The notes beneath the pieces were generated by a model. It made no database searches and had not been told where the DNA came from. It was given only the letters and a program-made list of their open reading frames with translations. Positions 9,556 to 18,307 of a stretch of 64,000 nt of DNA are shown in pieces. The position numbers and the translations under genes were made by a program. The stretch is taken from assembly GCA_964631325.1 (NCBI GenBank), contig CAZVWJ010000003.1, positions 28,171 to 92,170 on the forward strand, written 5' to 3'. This DNA comes from an uncultured bacterium (GTDB taxonomy: Bacteria; T1Sed10-126). Every line of letters starts with the position of its first letter. Positions within the stretch are counted from its first letter, which is position 1.

Positions 9556-10015
9556 AGTTAATATTGCCGTTGGATTGTTTATGATTCTTGGGATTATCTG
9601 TCTTGGTTATTTAACTGTTTCGTTTGGCGAAGTAGATTTATTCGGTAATAATACCTATGAGGTTACTACGATATTTTCCGATGTTACGGGACTCAAGGCA
9701 AATACGGTCGTAGAGATGCAGGGAATTGATATCGGTCGAGTGGAAGATATCAGGTTTAAGGATCAGAAAACATATAAAGTTATAGTTACTTTAAACATTG
9801 ACCGAGATATAGATTTACCTACCCCGGGGACTGTAGCAAGCATTAAGACTAAGGGACTGCTAGGCGAAAAATACCTATCGGTTTCTCCCGGTTTTGGACG
9901 TCAGAATATTCCAAAAGACGGAACAGGAAAAATTCGCCAGACTAAATCGCCGTTAATAATTGAAGATATGATTTCAAAATTTATGTTTGGGCAGGCGGAG
10001 GAAAAAGGAAAATGA
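9545..10015 (+). CDS. mlaD: MCE-domain substrate-binding protein MlaD
   Basis: An N-terminal TM helix followed by an MCE domain. Located between mlaF and mlaC. Confidence 0.8.
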   Translation: MENKVNIAVGLFMILGIICLGYLTVSFGEVDLFGNNTYEVTTIFSDVTGLKANTVVEMQGIDIGRVEDIRFKDQKTYKVIVTLNIDRDIDLPTPGTVASIKTKGLLGEKYLSVSPGFGRQNIPKDGTGKIRQTKSPLIIEDMISKFMFGQAEEKGK

Positions 10016-10650
10016 AAAAAGAACTGTTTTTTCTCCTGACGCTCGGGCTTTTGATATGTATTTCAGGAAATTCTCTTTGGGCTCAACCGCCTGACAAATT
10101 TGTTCGGACTAAAATTGATCAGGTTCTGAAAGTCATTCACGATACAGGTTGGAAGAATGGTAACCGGGCTGATACCCTGGAGGAGCGTATTGTCAGCATC
10201 CTTGATGATGTATTTACTTTCCGCCAGATGACTTTTCGGGCGCTGGGGCCCTACGCTCGGCAGATTTCGGATTCTCAGGTGGCGGAAGTTGTTCCGTTGT
10301 TTACCCGGTTGCTTCAAACGGTTTATATTGACCGGTTGACCAAAAGTCTTGCCGATTCTACAAAAAAGTATCGGATCGAGAAAATTACAGTGGATCGGGC
10401 GGAAACTCGTGCCCGGGGGCGATTTGCTAAAGTCTATACTACTACCCACCTGAACCGGGGTGGTAAAATTTCCAAAGCCTCCCTGAATTATAAGTTGATT
10501 AAATTACAGGGAAATTGGCGGGTCTACGACGTGGAGATCGAGGACGTCAGTCTGGTTCAAAATTACCGGCAGCAATTTATGAATATTCTTGCCAATAATC
10601 CGTTTGAGCATCTAATTAAAGTGCTACGCGAACGGCTTGAAACCAAATGA
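10012..10650 (+). CDS. mlaC: Periplasmic phospholipid-binding protein MlaC (Ttg2D family)
   Basis: Signal peptide. Toluene-tolerance Ttg2D-like. Overlaps mlaD in an operonic arrangement. Confidence 0.7.
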   Translation: MKKELFFLLTLGLLICISGNSLWAQPPDKFVRTKIDQVLKVIHDTGWKNGNRADTLEERIVSILDDVFTFRQMTFRALGPYARQISDSQVAEVVPLFTRLLQTVYIDRLTKSLADSTKKYRIEKITVDRAETRARGRFAKVYTTTHLNRGGKISKASLNYKLIKLQGNWRVYDVEIEDVSLVQNYRQQFMNILANNPFEHLIKVLRERLETK

Positions 10651-10687
10651 GGGATATATGGCTGTTAGAAAATTTTTCTAACTCACA

Positions 10688-10719
10688 TTATTCACGAAAA
10701 ATACATTTTTCGTGAATAA
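10688..10719. promoter_or_regulatory. 32-bp perfect palindrome TTATTCACGAAAAAT-AC-ATTTTTCGTGAATAA between mlaC and the lipoprotein cluster
   Basis: The sequence is exactly self-complementary. A T-run follows about 15 nt later. It could be a terminator or an operator. Confidence 0.4.
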
Positions 10720-10810
10720 TTCGGACTAAGATTATTCTTTATTTTTTTGAAAGTAGATGGCAAGATGATAAGCAAAGAAAAAATTGGAGTAAATTAATTC
10801 TTTTAGGAGG

Positions 10811-11437
10811 TTGATGTTAATGAGTAGTAAATTTAAGAAGTTTTCCGTGTTATTGTTGGTACCTTTTCTTTTTTCGGTTCTGGGTTGTGCTCCGAGCCGT
10901 CCCCAGGTCAGCCGGGTAAATCCGAATAAAACTATGGATCTGACCGGAGAATGGAATGATTCTGATTCACGCCGAGTTGCCAAAAAAATGATTTCTGATT
11001 GCTTGAATCGTCCGTGGTTGCCTGAATTCCGCAAGAAAAACAACCGAAAACCGACGGTGATAGTAGGTTTGTTTCGAAATAAAAGTTCTGAGCATATTCC
11101 CACGGAAACATTTACCAAGGACATTGAACGAGAACTGGTTAACTCCGGCCGGGTAAATTTTGTCGCAATGGCCGAAGAACGAGAAGCTCTCCGCTCTGAA
11201 AGAAGGGATCAGGCCCGGCATGCAACCCGTCAGAGTGCCGCCCGAATGGCCCATGAAAAAGGTGCTGATTATATGCTCCAGGGAGTTTTTCACGCCCAGA
11301 AGCAGAAGTGGCGGGGCCAGCAAGTTGTTAATTACAAGGTTGATATGGAATTGATCAACATCGAGTCCAATATGAAAGCCTGGATTGGCACCAAGGAAAT
11401 TAAAAAGCAAATTTCTCAGAGTAGTTATAGTTGGTAA
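10811..11437 (+). CDS. LpoB-like (COG3417/FlgO-like) lipoprotein
   Basis: Lipobox LLVPFLFSVLGCA. Its architecture resembles E. coli LpoB: the TVIVGLFRNKSS and GADYMLQG...KVDMELINIESNMKAWIG blocks parallel the LpoB NRTNGSL and AHYVLYSS...LMLVQTGEIIW regions. Confidence 0.45.
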   Translation: MMLMSSKFKKFSVLLLVPFLFSVLGCAPSRPQVSRVNPNKTMDLTGEWNDSDSRRVAKKMISDCLNRPWLPEFRKKNNRKPTVIVGLFRNKSSEHIPTETFTKDIERELVNSGRVNFVAMAEEREALRSERRDQARHATRQSAARMAHEKGADYMLQGVFHAQKQKWRGQQVVNYKVDMELINIESNMKAWIGTKEIKKQISQSSYSW

Positions 11438-11487
11438 GTTCAGCTAAGTTTTTGTTGTTATCTATTGCTTAGTGTTGCTCCGGAAAG

Positions 11488-11535
11488 CCCCTCTCTCCCG
11501 GTGGGAGCGGGGCAGGGTGAGATTTTTGATTTTTT
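11488..11535 (+). terminator. Intrinsic terminator that is also a member of the G-rich hairpin repeat family
   Basis: The sequence cccctctctcccggtgggagcggggcagggtgag is followed by atttttgatttttt. The core hairpin is ctccc-ggt-gggag with a U-tract. It is similar to the reverse strand of the 18197 and 54203 repeats. Confidence 0.6.
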
Positions 11536-11700
11536 ATAAGTATTTCATTGTGCGTGGGCGTTATAAACTAGGATTTAATTAATTGGTAATTTTTACTGTA
11601 TATCATATGCTGCCAGGGTTAATTTTGTAGTGGCGGGGTAGTATTTGCCAGGAGGAAGCGAGTTTACCCGTTATTATGTGAAGTCTGGCGGCAACAGGAA

Positions 11701-13044
11701 GTGTTTATAATGTCTAACACAAAGAAGGCTTTTGTCTGTCTGCTGTTTCCTTTACTCTTATTTCTTCCCGCTTGTGGTACTTCGCTTAAACATTACAAAT
11801 CTATTGATAAGTCCCTTCACAGTGGAGATTACAATCAGCCGATAAAAGTTCTTAAAAAGGCCCGTGAAAAAGGTAGTTACGAGAAAAAAGACAGGGTTTT
11901 GTATTACCTGGAGCTTGGAATGGCCAATCATTACGCGGGTAATTACAAAAAAAGTATCGAACAGTTGGATGAAGCCGAGCACGCGATGCAGGAATTGTTT
12001 ACCAAGAGTATTTCAAATATTGGTAAATCCCTGTTGACCAACGATAATGAATTGCCCTATCGGGGTGAGCCTTACGAAGATATTTATATAAATTTCTTTA
12101 AAGCCCTGAATTACGCTCACCTCGGGGACCAATCTGCGGCCAAGGTAGAAATTCGGAAAGTTTACGAAAAACTTTCTAATATGGAACGTAAATTCGAACG
12201 TCAGGCCAGCAGTTATCAGGAGGCAGTTAGTACCGGTGATTTAGTTAATCCCAAGGCAAAAAAAGCACTTAAAGACAGGGCCAGTAATTTGGAAACCGCT
12301 AACTTAAACTTTCATAACAGCGCCCTGGGCCGTTACATGGGATATTCAATGTATATGTCGGAGCAGGATTGGGACGATGCAAGGATTGACATGAAAAAAA
12401 TCAAAGAAGCCTTTATGAACCAGCCGGAGATTTATAATTTTGATCCGCCAAAATTGCTGAAAACTACCTCTCCGCCCCGGGGTAAAGGAGTGGTTCACGC
12501 TTTTGCTCTGCTGGGTCAGGGACCGGTAAAAATTCAGGAAACAACCCGGATAAAGGTTTCCGACGATGTGGGCCAGGTAAAGTTGGCTCTTCCGGAAATG
12601 AAGATGCGGGGCACGGATATTGATCGAGTGAGAATTTACAATAATGGCCGGCAGGTTACTGAACTGGAGAAGATTGAGAATATCAACCGGGTAGCCAAGG
12701 CAGTTTTTGAGATGAAAGAACCACTTATCCTGTTTAAAACATTACTGCGGGTTACCGTCAAAGAATTTGCAACGGACAAAGCTTCCGATCAGGCGAGCGG
12801 TTCTGCGGGTCTGGCCTTAGCTATTGCCGGTGAAATATATAAGGAAGTTTCCGAACAGGCTGATCTTCGGACCTGTCATCTGTTGCCCGGCCAGGTAAAT
12901 GTAAAAAGTTTTTATTTGCCGACTGGGAACCATAAACTTACGGCTAAGTATTATTCTAACGGTCAGGTAGTGGATGTGAGAAAAATCACAATGAAAGTTA
13001 AGCCGGATTCTCTTAACCTATTAGAACTGGTTAATCTGAACTAA
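11701..13044 (+). CDS. Hypothetical lipoprotein of 447 aa. The N-terminal region is helical and TPR-like.
   Basis: Lipobox LLFLPACGT. No motif I can name confidently. The start is probably MSNTKK at 11710. Confidence 0.5.
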   Translation: MFIMSNTKKAFVCLLFPLLLFLPACGTSLKHYKSIDKSLHSGDYNQPIKVLKKAREKGSYEKKDRVLYYLELGMANHYAGNYKKSIEQLDEAEHAMQELFTKSISNIGKSLLTNDNELPYRGEPYEDIYINFFKALNYAHLGDQSAAKVEIRKVYEKLSNMERKFERQASSYQEAVSTGDLVNPKAKKALKDRASNLETANLNFHNSALGRYMGYSMYMSEQDWDDARIDMKKIKEAFMNQPEIYNFDPPKLLKTTSPPRGKGVVHAFALLGQGPVKIQETTRIKVSDDVGQVKLALPEMKMRGTDIDRVRIYNNGRQVTELEKIENINRVAKAVFEMKEPLILFKTLLRVTVKEFATDKASDQASGSAGLALAIAGEIYKEVSEQADLRTCHLLPGQVNVKSFYLPTGNHKLTAKYYSNGQVVDVRKITMKVKPDSLNLLELVNLN

Positions 13045-13068
13045 AAAATTACTGGAGGTTTATAAGCC

Positions 13069-14343
13069 GTGTTATCTTTAAAGTCCGTGTGGAAATCAAG
13101 CTGGTTTTGGCTTTTCATTGGAATGATAATGGTTACCGGGGTTTTGTTCTCAAACTCTGTTGTTTTTGCTCAAAATTCCTCCCCAAAAATAGTTTTTGTC
13201 TTAGATGTTTCCGGGAGTATGGGTGATCAGGTGGGAGGGCAGGAAAAATTAAAAATAGCCAAGCAAACTATCTACGCATTTTTACCTTCTCTGCAACAAA
13301 AAGGTATATCTCTTGGTTTACTGGATTTTTCCGGTTGTGGAAGTGTTCAATTTTCAGTTCCGGCAGGGCCAAACACCTATTCCCGAATTTCCACCCGGGT
13401 TTCAGGGTTGCAGGCCAGTGGTGGAACACCGCTGGCAGCAGCGCTTCAGAAGGCTGCCAGTAATTTACGTAATCAGTCAGGTGAACGGCGAATTTTCTTA
13501 CTCAGTGATGGAAAAGAGACCTGCGGTGGAGCCCCGATACAAGTAGCTCGGAAGATTTCTGGCTGGGGGATTAAAATTTACGTCGTTGGTTTTGACGTGG
13601 GCAGTTCGGCCAGCGGTCAACTACAAAAAATAGCGGCAGCCGGCGGAGGAAGCTACAGTCAGGCTAATAACGCTCAACAACTCCAGAATTCTTTTAAGAA
13701 ATTAACCGACCAGATCGAGGAGGATGTGCTCGAGCAAATGCGAAGCTGTGTGGAGCTTGGCGGCGGACATAAGAAGAAACAAAAATCATCTGCTGGTTTA
13801 CAACAGAGATCAGGTCAAAGTTCTGGCAGCCCGCCGCCACCTCAAACAGGTACTTCTACAGCCTCTAAATCCAGTTGTCAGTCCTGCCCTCAAAATCAAG
13901 GTCAACCTCAAAAGACCAAATCTGGAAGGATTGATGGATTTGAAGGTTTACCCTGGGGGGCTTCACCCTCACGCTGTGAGCAAAGTCTGGGAACGCCTCA
14001 CAGCAAATCAGCTCGGGCTCTGGCCAAGCAAATCAAGGTAGACCTTCCCCAAAAGGGCCAGTCAGTCTGGCTTTACAAAGAAAAAAAATACGGGGCTAAT
14101 AGCACTGTCTGGTTGGGATTTGGCAGTGGTGCCGGAAGTTCAAACGGACTCATATGGACCAAGCGAAGGTGGTCTAAGCCGCCTAATGGAAATAAGGTCG
14201 CTAACCAGGCCAAAGAGGCTTTAAAAAAGGAATTCGATGCCCCGTTGAGTAAAAACACCTGGGTGGATAATTCGGGGAAAATAGTTTTTTATCACGACTG
14301 GGGAAACATAGAAGTTCGGTATTTTTCAAGTTCAGTTCCGTGA
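13069..14343 (+). CDS. von Willebrand factor A domain protein with a Q/S/G/P-rich linker and a C-terminal domain
   Basis: VFVLDVSGSMGD is a MIDAS-type DxSxS motif, and LSDGKETCGG follows. A signal peptide or TM segment is present. Confidence 0.7.
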   Translation: MLSLKSVWKSSWFWLFIGMIMVTGVLFSNSVVFAQNSSPKIVFVLDVSGSMGDQVGGQEKLKIAKQTIYAFLPSLQQKGISLGLLDFSGCGSVQFSVPAGPNTYSRISTRVSGLQASGGTPLAAALQKAASNLRNQSGERRIFLLSDGKETCGGAPIQVARKISGWGIKIYVVGFDVGSSASGQLQKIAAAGGGSYSQANNAQQLQNSFKKLTDQIEEDVLEQMRSCVELGGGHKKKQKSSAGLQQRSGQSSGSPPPPQTGTSTASKSSCQSCPQNQGQPQKTKSGRIDGFEGLPWGASPSRCEQSLGTPHSKSARALAKQIKVDLPQKGQSVWLYKEKKYGANSTVWLGFGSGAGSSNGLIWTKRRWSKPPNGNKVANQAKEALKKEFDAPLSKNTWVDNSGKIVFYHDWGNIEVRYFSSSVP

Positions 14344-14405
14344 AAGACAGAGGAAGAGTTGAATAACAGGGCAAGTTGTTAGAAGAATAATTTACCAAAA
14401 ATCAG

Positions 14406-15464
14406 GTGATTGAAATGTGTAGAAAAAAAACAACCTCGTTATTTTTTATTGTCTTTTTAATGGTTTTTTCCGTTCCTGTTTATGCTGGTCTCCCCGGCTG
14501 GGTTAAAAATCCCGGGAGTAGTTATCCCGGCAGTAAATATATTGTAGGCGTGGGGAGTGGTTATTCAATGATAGAAGCTAAAAATAAGGCGAAGGCTGAG
14601 ATTAGTAGTGTTTTTTCTCAAAAAATAGAATCTACTCAGAGTTTAACCCACCAGGCGGATGAAACATTTAGTTCATCGGGGGGAGGAGGTCTTAAAGAAA
14701 AAATTCAAAATGTAACCCGGTTGGAAGTTACTACGGGTGAAAAATTACAGGGAGTTCAAATAAAGAAAACGCAGTTCCACTCTCAGAGCGGTAAATATTA
14801 TGCTCTGGCGGTTTTGGATCGGATGAAAGCAGCCTCCAGTTACAGAAGTGAGTTTAAACAGCATCAGCAGAGATTGGAAAGGAGATACAAGCAGGCTCAA
14901 CAGGCACAGGATAAGCTGAGTAAGCTAAAATACCTGGCATCAGCTCAGAAATCCGCTCAGAGAGCCCTGGAATTAAAAAATCAACTAAATGTTCTTGCGC
15001 CTAACCGAAGTATAAATAATAGACTTAAACCCGAGCCGGGTATGATAGAGAAAGAATTGGATGATTTGTTGAAAAGGCTTACTGTCTACGTTAGGGAACC
15101 TGTTCTGGATAATATCTGTCCCGGCAGTGGGTTTGAGGAGCAGATTAAAAGTTGGATTGAAAAACAGTTTAATCAGCTTTCTTTTCGGACGACTTCAAAT
15201 GCAGCTTCAGCGGAATTTGCGGTTGCTTCTCGTGTCTCAGCCAGCTATACTACCAAAGGAGCAAAAGGGGATGAAGGGATCAGATGGGACATTACAATTC
15301 AACTAAAAAAACCAGGCCCGGGACCTACTTTTGCTACAGTTAATCACGCTGACATAAGTGTGGGAATAGATAAATCAATGGTAGCTTCACGAACCCGTTA
15401 TTACATTGGTGAATGGATCAAACAAAAGATGCCAGATTTAATTGTGAAAAAATTACTCAGTTGA
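14406..15464 (+). CDS. LPP20/FlgP-family lipoprotein (long form)
   Basis: LPGWVKNPGSSYPGSKYIVGVGSGYSMIEAKNKAKAEISSVF matches the LPP20 (PF02169) N-terminal signature. A signal peptide is present. Confidence 0.65.
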   Translation: MIEMCRKKTTSLFFIVFLMVFSVPVYAGLPGWVKNPGSSYPGSKYIVGVGSGYSMIEAKNKAKAEISSVFSQKIESTQSLTHQADETFSSSGGGGLKEKIQNVTRLEVTTGEKLQGVQIKKTQFHSQSGKYYALAVLDRMKAASSYRSEFKQHQQRLERRYKQAQQAQDKLSKLKYLASAQKSAQRALELKNQLNVLAPNRSINNRLKPEPGMIEKELDDLLKRLTVYVREPVLDNICPGSGFEEQIKSWIEKQFNQLSFRTTSNAASAEFAVASRVSASYTTKGAKGDEGIRWDITIQLKKPGPGPTFATVNHADISVGIDKSMVASRTRYYIGEWIKQKMPDLIVKKLLS

Positions 15465-15494
15465 GTTAGTTTAAATTTTTAAGGAGGTATTCTT

Positions 15495-16076
15495 ATGTTT
15501 CGCAAGGTTAGTATTATGGCACTTGCTGTTTTTGCGTTGTTCCTTGTTGGTTGCGCTGCCCAACAGGGGGGGAGTGGCGGTAGTGGCGGTTTTCAGTCCG
15601 ATATTAATGCCCCTGACTGGTATTTAAATCCACCCCAACGGGAAGGTGCAATTGCAGTGGCAGCCAGCGCAAGGTCCCGACAGATGGAAATTGCCCTGGA
15701 TCGAGCCCAGTTGCAGGCAAAACGGGATCTTGCTGCTAATATTCGTTCGACCATTGAAGGCCAGCGTGAGCAGTATATGGAAGAGATTGGTTCCGATGCG
15801 AAGGAAGCCAAGATCCGGAAGCAATATCAGGACTTCTCCCGGGAGATGGTTGCCCAAAAGCTCCAGGGCACCCGGATAGTTGAAAAGGCTATTGTGAAGG
15901 AGGACGGCGCTTACCGGGCATTTGTTCTCGTTGAGCTGACGATGGAGGACATCAAGAAGAAACTCAGCGGCAAGGAAGAACTCAAAACCATGTTCAATGC
16001 CCAGCAGTTTGAAAAGGACATGGATAAGAACCTCGATAAGCTTCGCGATCGTCGTCAGCAGAAGTTAAGCCAGTAA
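15495..16076 (+). CDS. LPP20/FlgP-family lipoprotein
   Basis: Lipobox LVGCAA, then PDWYLNPPQREGAIAVAASARSRQMEIALDRAQLQAKRDLAANI, which fits the LPP20 family pattern. Confidence 0.65.
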   Translation: MFRKVSIMALAVFALFLVGCAAQQGGSGGSGGFQSDINAPDWYLNPPQREGAIAVAASARSRQMEIALDRAQLQAKRDLAANIRSTIEGQREQYMEEIGSDAKEAKIRKQYQDFSREMVAQKLQGTRIVEKAIVKEDGAYRAFVLVELTMEDIKKKLSGKEELKTMFNAQQFEKDMDKNLDKLRDRRQQKLSQ

Positions 16077-16123
16077 AGAATAATCATTTTCCTGGCTGTT
16101 TCTGATAATTGGCATTAAAAAAC

Positions 16124-16162
16124 CCCCCGGTTTCCCTTTCCGGAGACCGGGGGTTTATTTTT
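16124..16162 (+). terminator. Rho-independent terminator
   Basis: The hairpin cccccggt...accggggg is followed by tttatttttt. It lies inside the 5' end of track ORF 16109..16792, which argues for a later start for that gene. Confidence 0.65.
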
Positions 16163-16168
16163 TCTGAT

Positions 16169-16792
16169 ATGTATAATTATTCGGATTCCGGGCGAAGTTT
16201 AATTAGTTTATTTTTTCTCTCGATCTCTGTATTTCTGTTTATTTCTCTTCAACCAGCCCAAGCCGCTAAAGTTGATTTACCGAATTGGTTTTTGCAGGGG
16301 GGAGACGCCCAAAATGAAGTAACCGCAATGGGCGAGACAAAATTAAAAGCTCTGTTGAACGGGCTGGGTAGTCTCACCGAGAACCTGGATCCCAACGTGG
16401 AAAAGTTGCGCGAAGCATACGGTAATAAATTAACCCAGAAATCCACTCGCCTGTTATCCCGTTATCAATTTGGAAAACTGAAAGTTGCCACTCAGACTGA
16501 AATTTACCGAAAGGTTACTTCTACTGATGAAACCCGTACCTTCCAACAAAAAATTGTCAGGGTTTGCTTTCCCGCGGCAGATACTACCTGTAAAGTTTTT
16601 TATTACGTGGAAGAGCTTCATGGTGATATAAGTTCTGTCTGTGAGGTCCGTCCCGACACCTTCAGCAAGAAAAAAATCCTCAAAATTTTAAGAGAATTGT
16701 TTAAACAGGCAGGGTTGCAGGTAAAGAGATTAGAATCGACCGATTGTCGGTGTTATGCGTTGATTCAGTATGCTGCCTTAAAAGAAGAGTAA
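16169..16792 (+). CDS. Hypothetical secreted protein
   Basis: A start at MYNYSDSG (16169) is preferred because the terminator sits upstream. A signal-peptide-like stretch SLFFLSISVFLFISLQPAQA is present. Confidence 0.5.
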   Translation: MYNYSDSGRSLISLFFLSISVFLFISLQPAQAAKVDLPNWFLQGGDAQNEVTAMGETKLKALLNGLGSLTENLDPNVEKLREAYGNKLTQKSTRLLSRYQFGKLKVATQTEIYRKVTSTDETRTFQQKIVRVCFPAADTTCKVFYYVEELHGDISSVCEVRPDTFSKKKILKILRELFKQAGLQVKRLESTDCRCYALIQYAALKEE

Positions 16793-16830
16793 TGGCTAAA
16801 TTTTTTCTCGGTTAGGATTTCTATCTTGAG

Positions 16831-18192
16831 GTGATTAAGATGTTTTATTTAAGTGTGGAAAAAAATAGCTTACGTACTTATATTTTGCTTGTGGCTACCT
16901 GTTTTCTGGGTACGTTTTTCGGCGGGGTTCCGGGGCAAGCTGCCGAGAAGAGTGGACTGGAAAAATTTCGTGAACAGCGCCGTCAGGGAATGAAGAAGTT
17001 GAAACGCCAGCAGGAAAAAGGAATCGCTGATTTAAAGCAGGCTTACGAGGAGTTCTATCAGAAGCGGCGCCAGGCTTTTGAAGAATTCAAGCAAAAATTA
17101 AAACAGAAATGGGGTGAGGCTAATACCCGGCTTCCAGATAAGAAAAAATGGATTTCCTACAGCGAAGATTACAACAAGAGACACGGAGCTGATTTCAAAG
17201 CGGGCAACGCTTACGCCGAAGTAATAGTTGACAAAAACACGGCAAAAAATAACCCGAAAAAAGTTAAGGCTCAACTTCAGGAACAGGTTAAGAAGTTGGT
17301 TACTGACGTGGGAAAAACGGACGATATTGAGGAGGAAATAGAAAAAAATGAGAAATCTGATACCGGCCAAAAAAGGCCAAAAACAGGAAAAGCTGACAAG
17401 AAAACGAAGGAAAAAAAAGAGGCGGTAAAGCCGGTAAAACCGGAAAGTAAAGGGGAGCAGGAACCGGTGCTGGCCGGACAGGTAAAAACGAAGGATGGCG
17501 AAGAGGTTTCAAAAGAAAACGTCGATCAGTTCGCTGAAGAAGCAACAAAACCGGCGGAAGTTAAGAAAAAAGAAGTTAAGAACGAAAAGGGAGAGAAAAA
17601 AGTTATCGTTTCCGTAAAATTTCCACTGGTTTCGGATCATTTGAGAAAACGGGCAAAAAAGTACCGGGAAGCGGTTCAAAAATATGCCCGGGAATATAAG
17701 ATTTCGGCCAGCCTGGCGTTTGCAGTGATTCATACCGAAAGCAGTTTTAATCCGGAAGCTCGCTCACCAATTCCTGCTTACGGATTGATGCAGTTGGTTC
17801 CGGAAAGCGGTGCTAAAGATGCTTACCGGCACGTATATGGTGAGAAACGCTTGTTGGGTCCGGATTATCTTTATCAACCTGCCAGAAACATCGAACTGGG
17901 AATAGGTTACTTACATCTGCTGATGAACGGTTATCTGGACGGTATCAAAAATAAGCAGAGCCGTATTTATTGTGCCGTCGCCTCTTATAATACCGGGGCC
18001 GGGAACCTCGCTAAAACATTTGTTGGTTCCACGAACATCCAGCGGGCTGAAAAGGTAATTAACCGGCTTACTCCGGAGGAAGTCTACAGCAAACTGCGCT
18101 CCTCGCTTCCCTACGAAGAAACCAAACACTACGTAAAGAGAGTTAAAAATCGCCGTCCTAAATACGAAGCCTGGGAAGTAATTTCACGTTAA
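16831..18192 (+). CDS. mltC: Membrane-bound lytic murein transglycosylase (MltC-like, SLT domain)
   Basis: AVIHTESSFNPEARSPIPAYGLMQLVP contains the catalytic E of an SLT domain, and YNTGAGN follows. A long K/E-rich low-complexity linker is present. Confidence 0.8.
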   Translation: MIKMFYLSVEKNSLRTYILLVATCFLGTFFGGVPGQAAEKSGLEKFREQRRQGMKKLKRQQEKGIADLKQAYEEFYQKRRQAFEEFKQKLKQKWGEANTRLPDKKKWISYSEDYNKRHGADFKAGNAYAEVIVDKNTAKNNPKKVKAQLQEQVKKLVTDVGKTDDIEEEIEKNEKSDTGQKRPKTGKADKKTKEKKEAVKPVKPESKGEQEPVLAGQVKTKDGEEVSKENVDQFAEEATKPAEVKKKEVKNEKGEKKVIVSVKFPLVSDHLRKRAKKYREAVQKYAREYKISASLAFAVIHTESSFNPEARSPIPAYGLMQLVPESGAKDAYRHVYGEKRLLGPDYLYQPARNIELGIGYLHLLMNGYLDGIKNKQSRIYCAVASYNTGAGNLAKTFVGSTNIQRAEKVINRLTPEEVYSKLRSSLPYEETKHYVKRVKNRRPKYEAWEVISR

Positions 18193-18196
18193 TGCA

Positions 18197-18307
18197 CTAA
18201 TTACACGCTCTCCAAAAAGGGTCTAAAATCTCCTCCCCCTTGACCTTTTTCCCCTCACCCTGACCCTCTCCCGCCAGGGGAGAGGGGACTTTTCGGAGAG
18301 GCTCTAA
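18197..18307. repeat. 110-bp intergenic repeat, family B, with a 9-bp stem hairpin ccctctccc-gccag-gggagaggg
   Basis: About 96% identical to 54203-54313. It sits between the convergent ends of mltC and the CDF gene. Confidence 0.85.
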
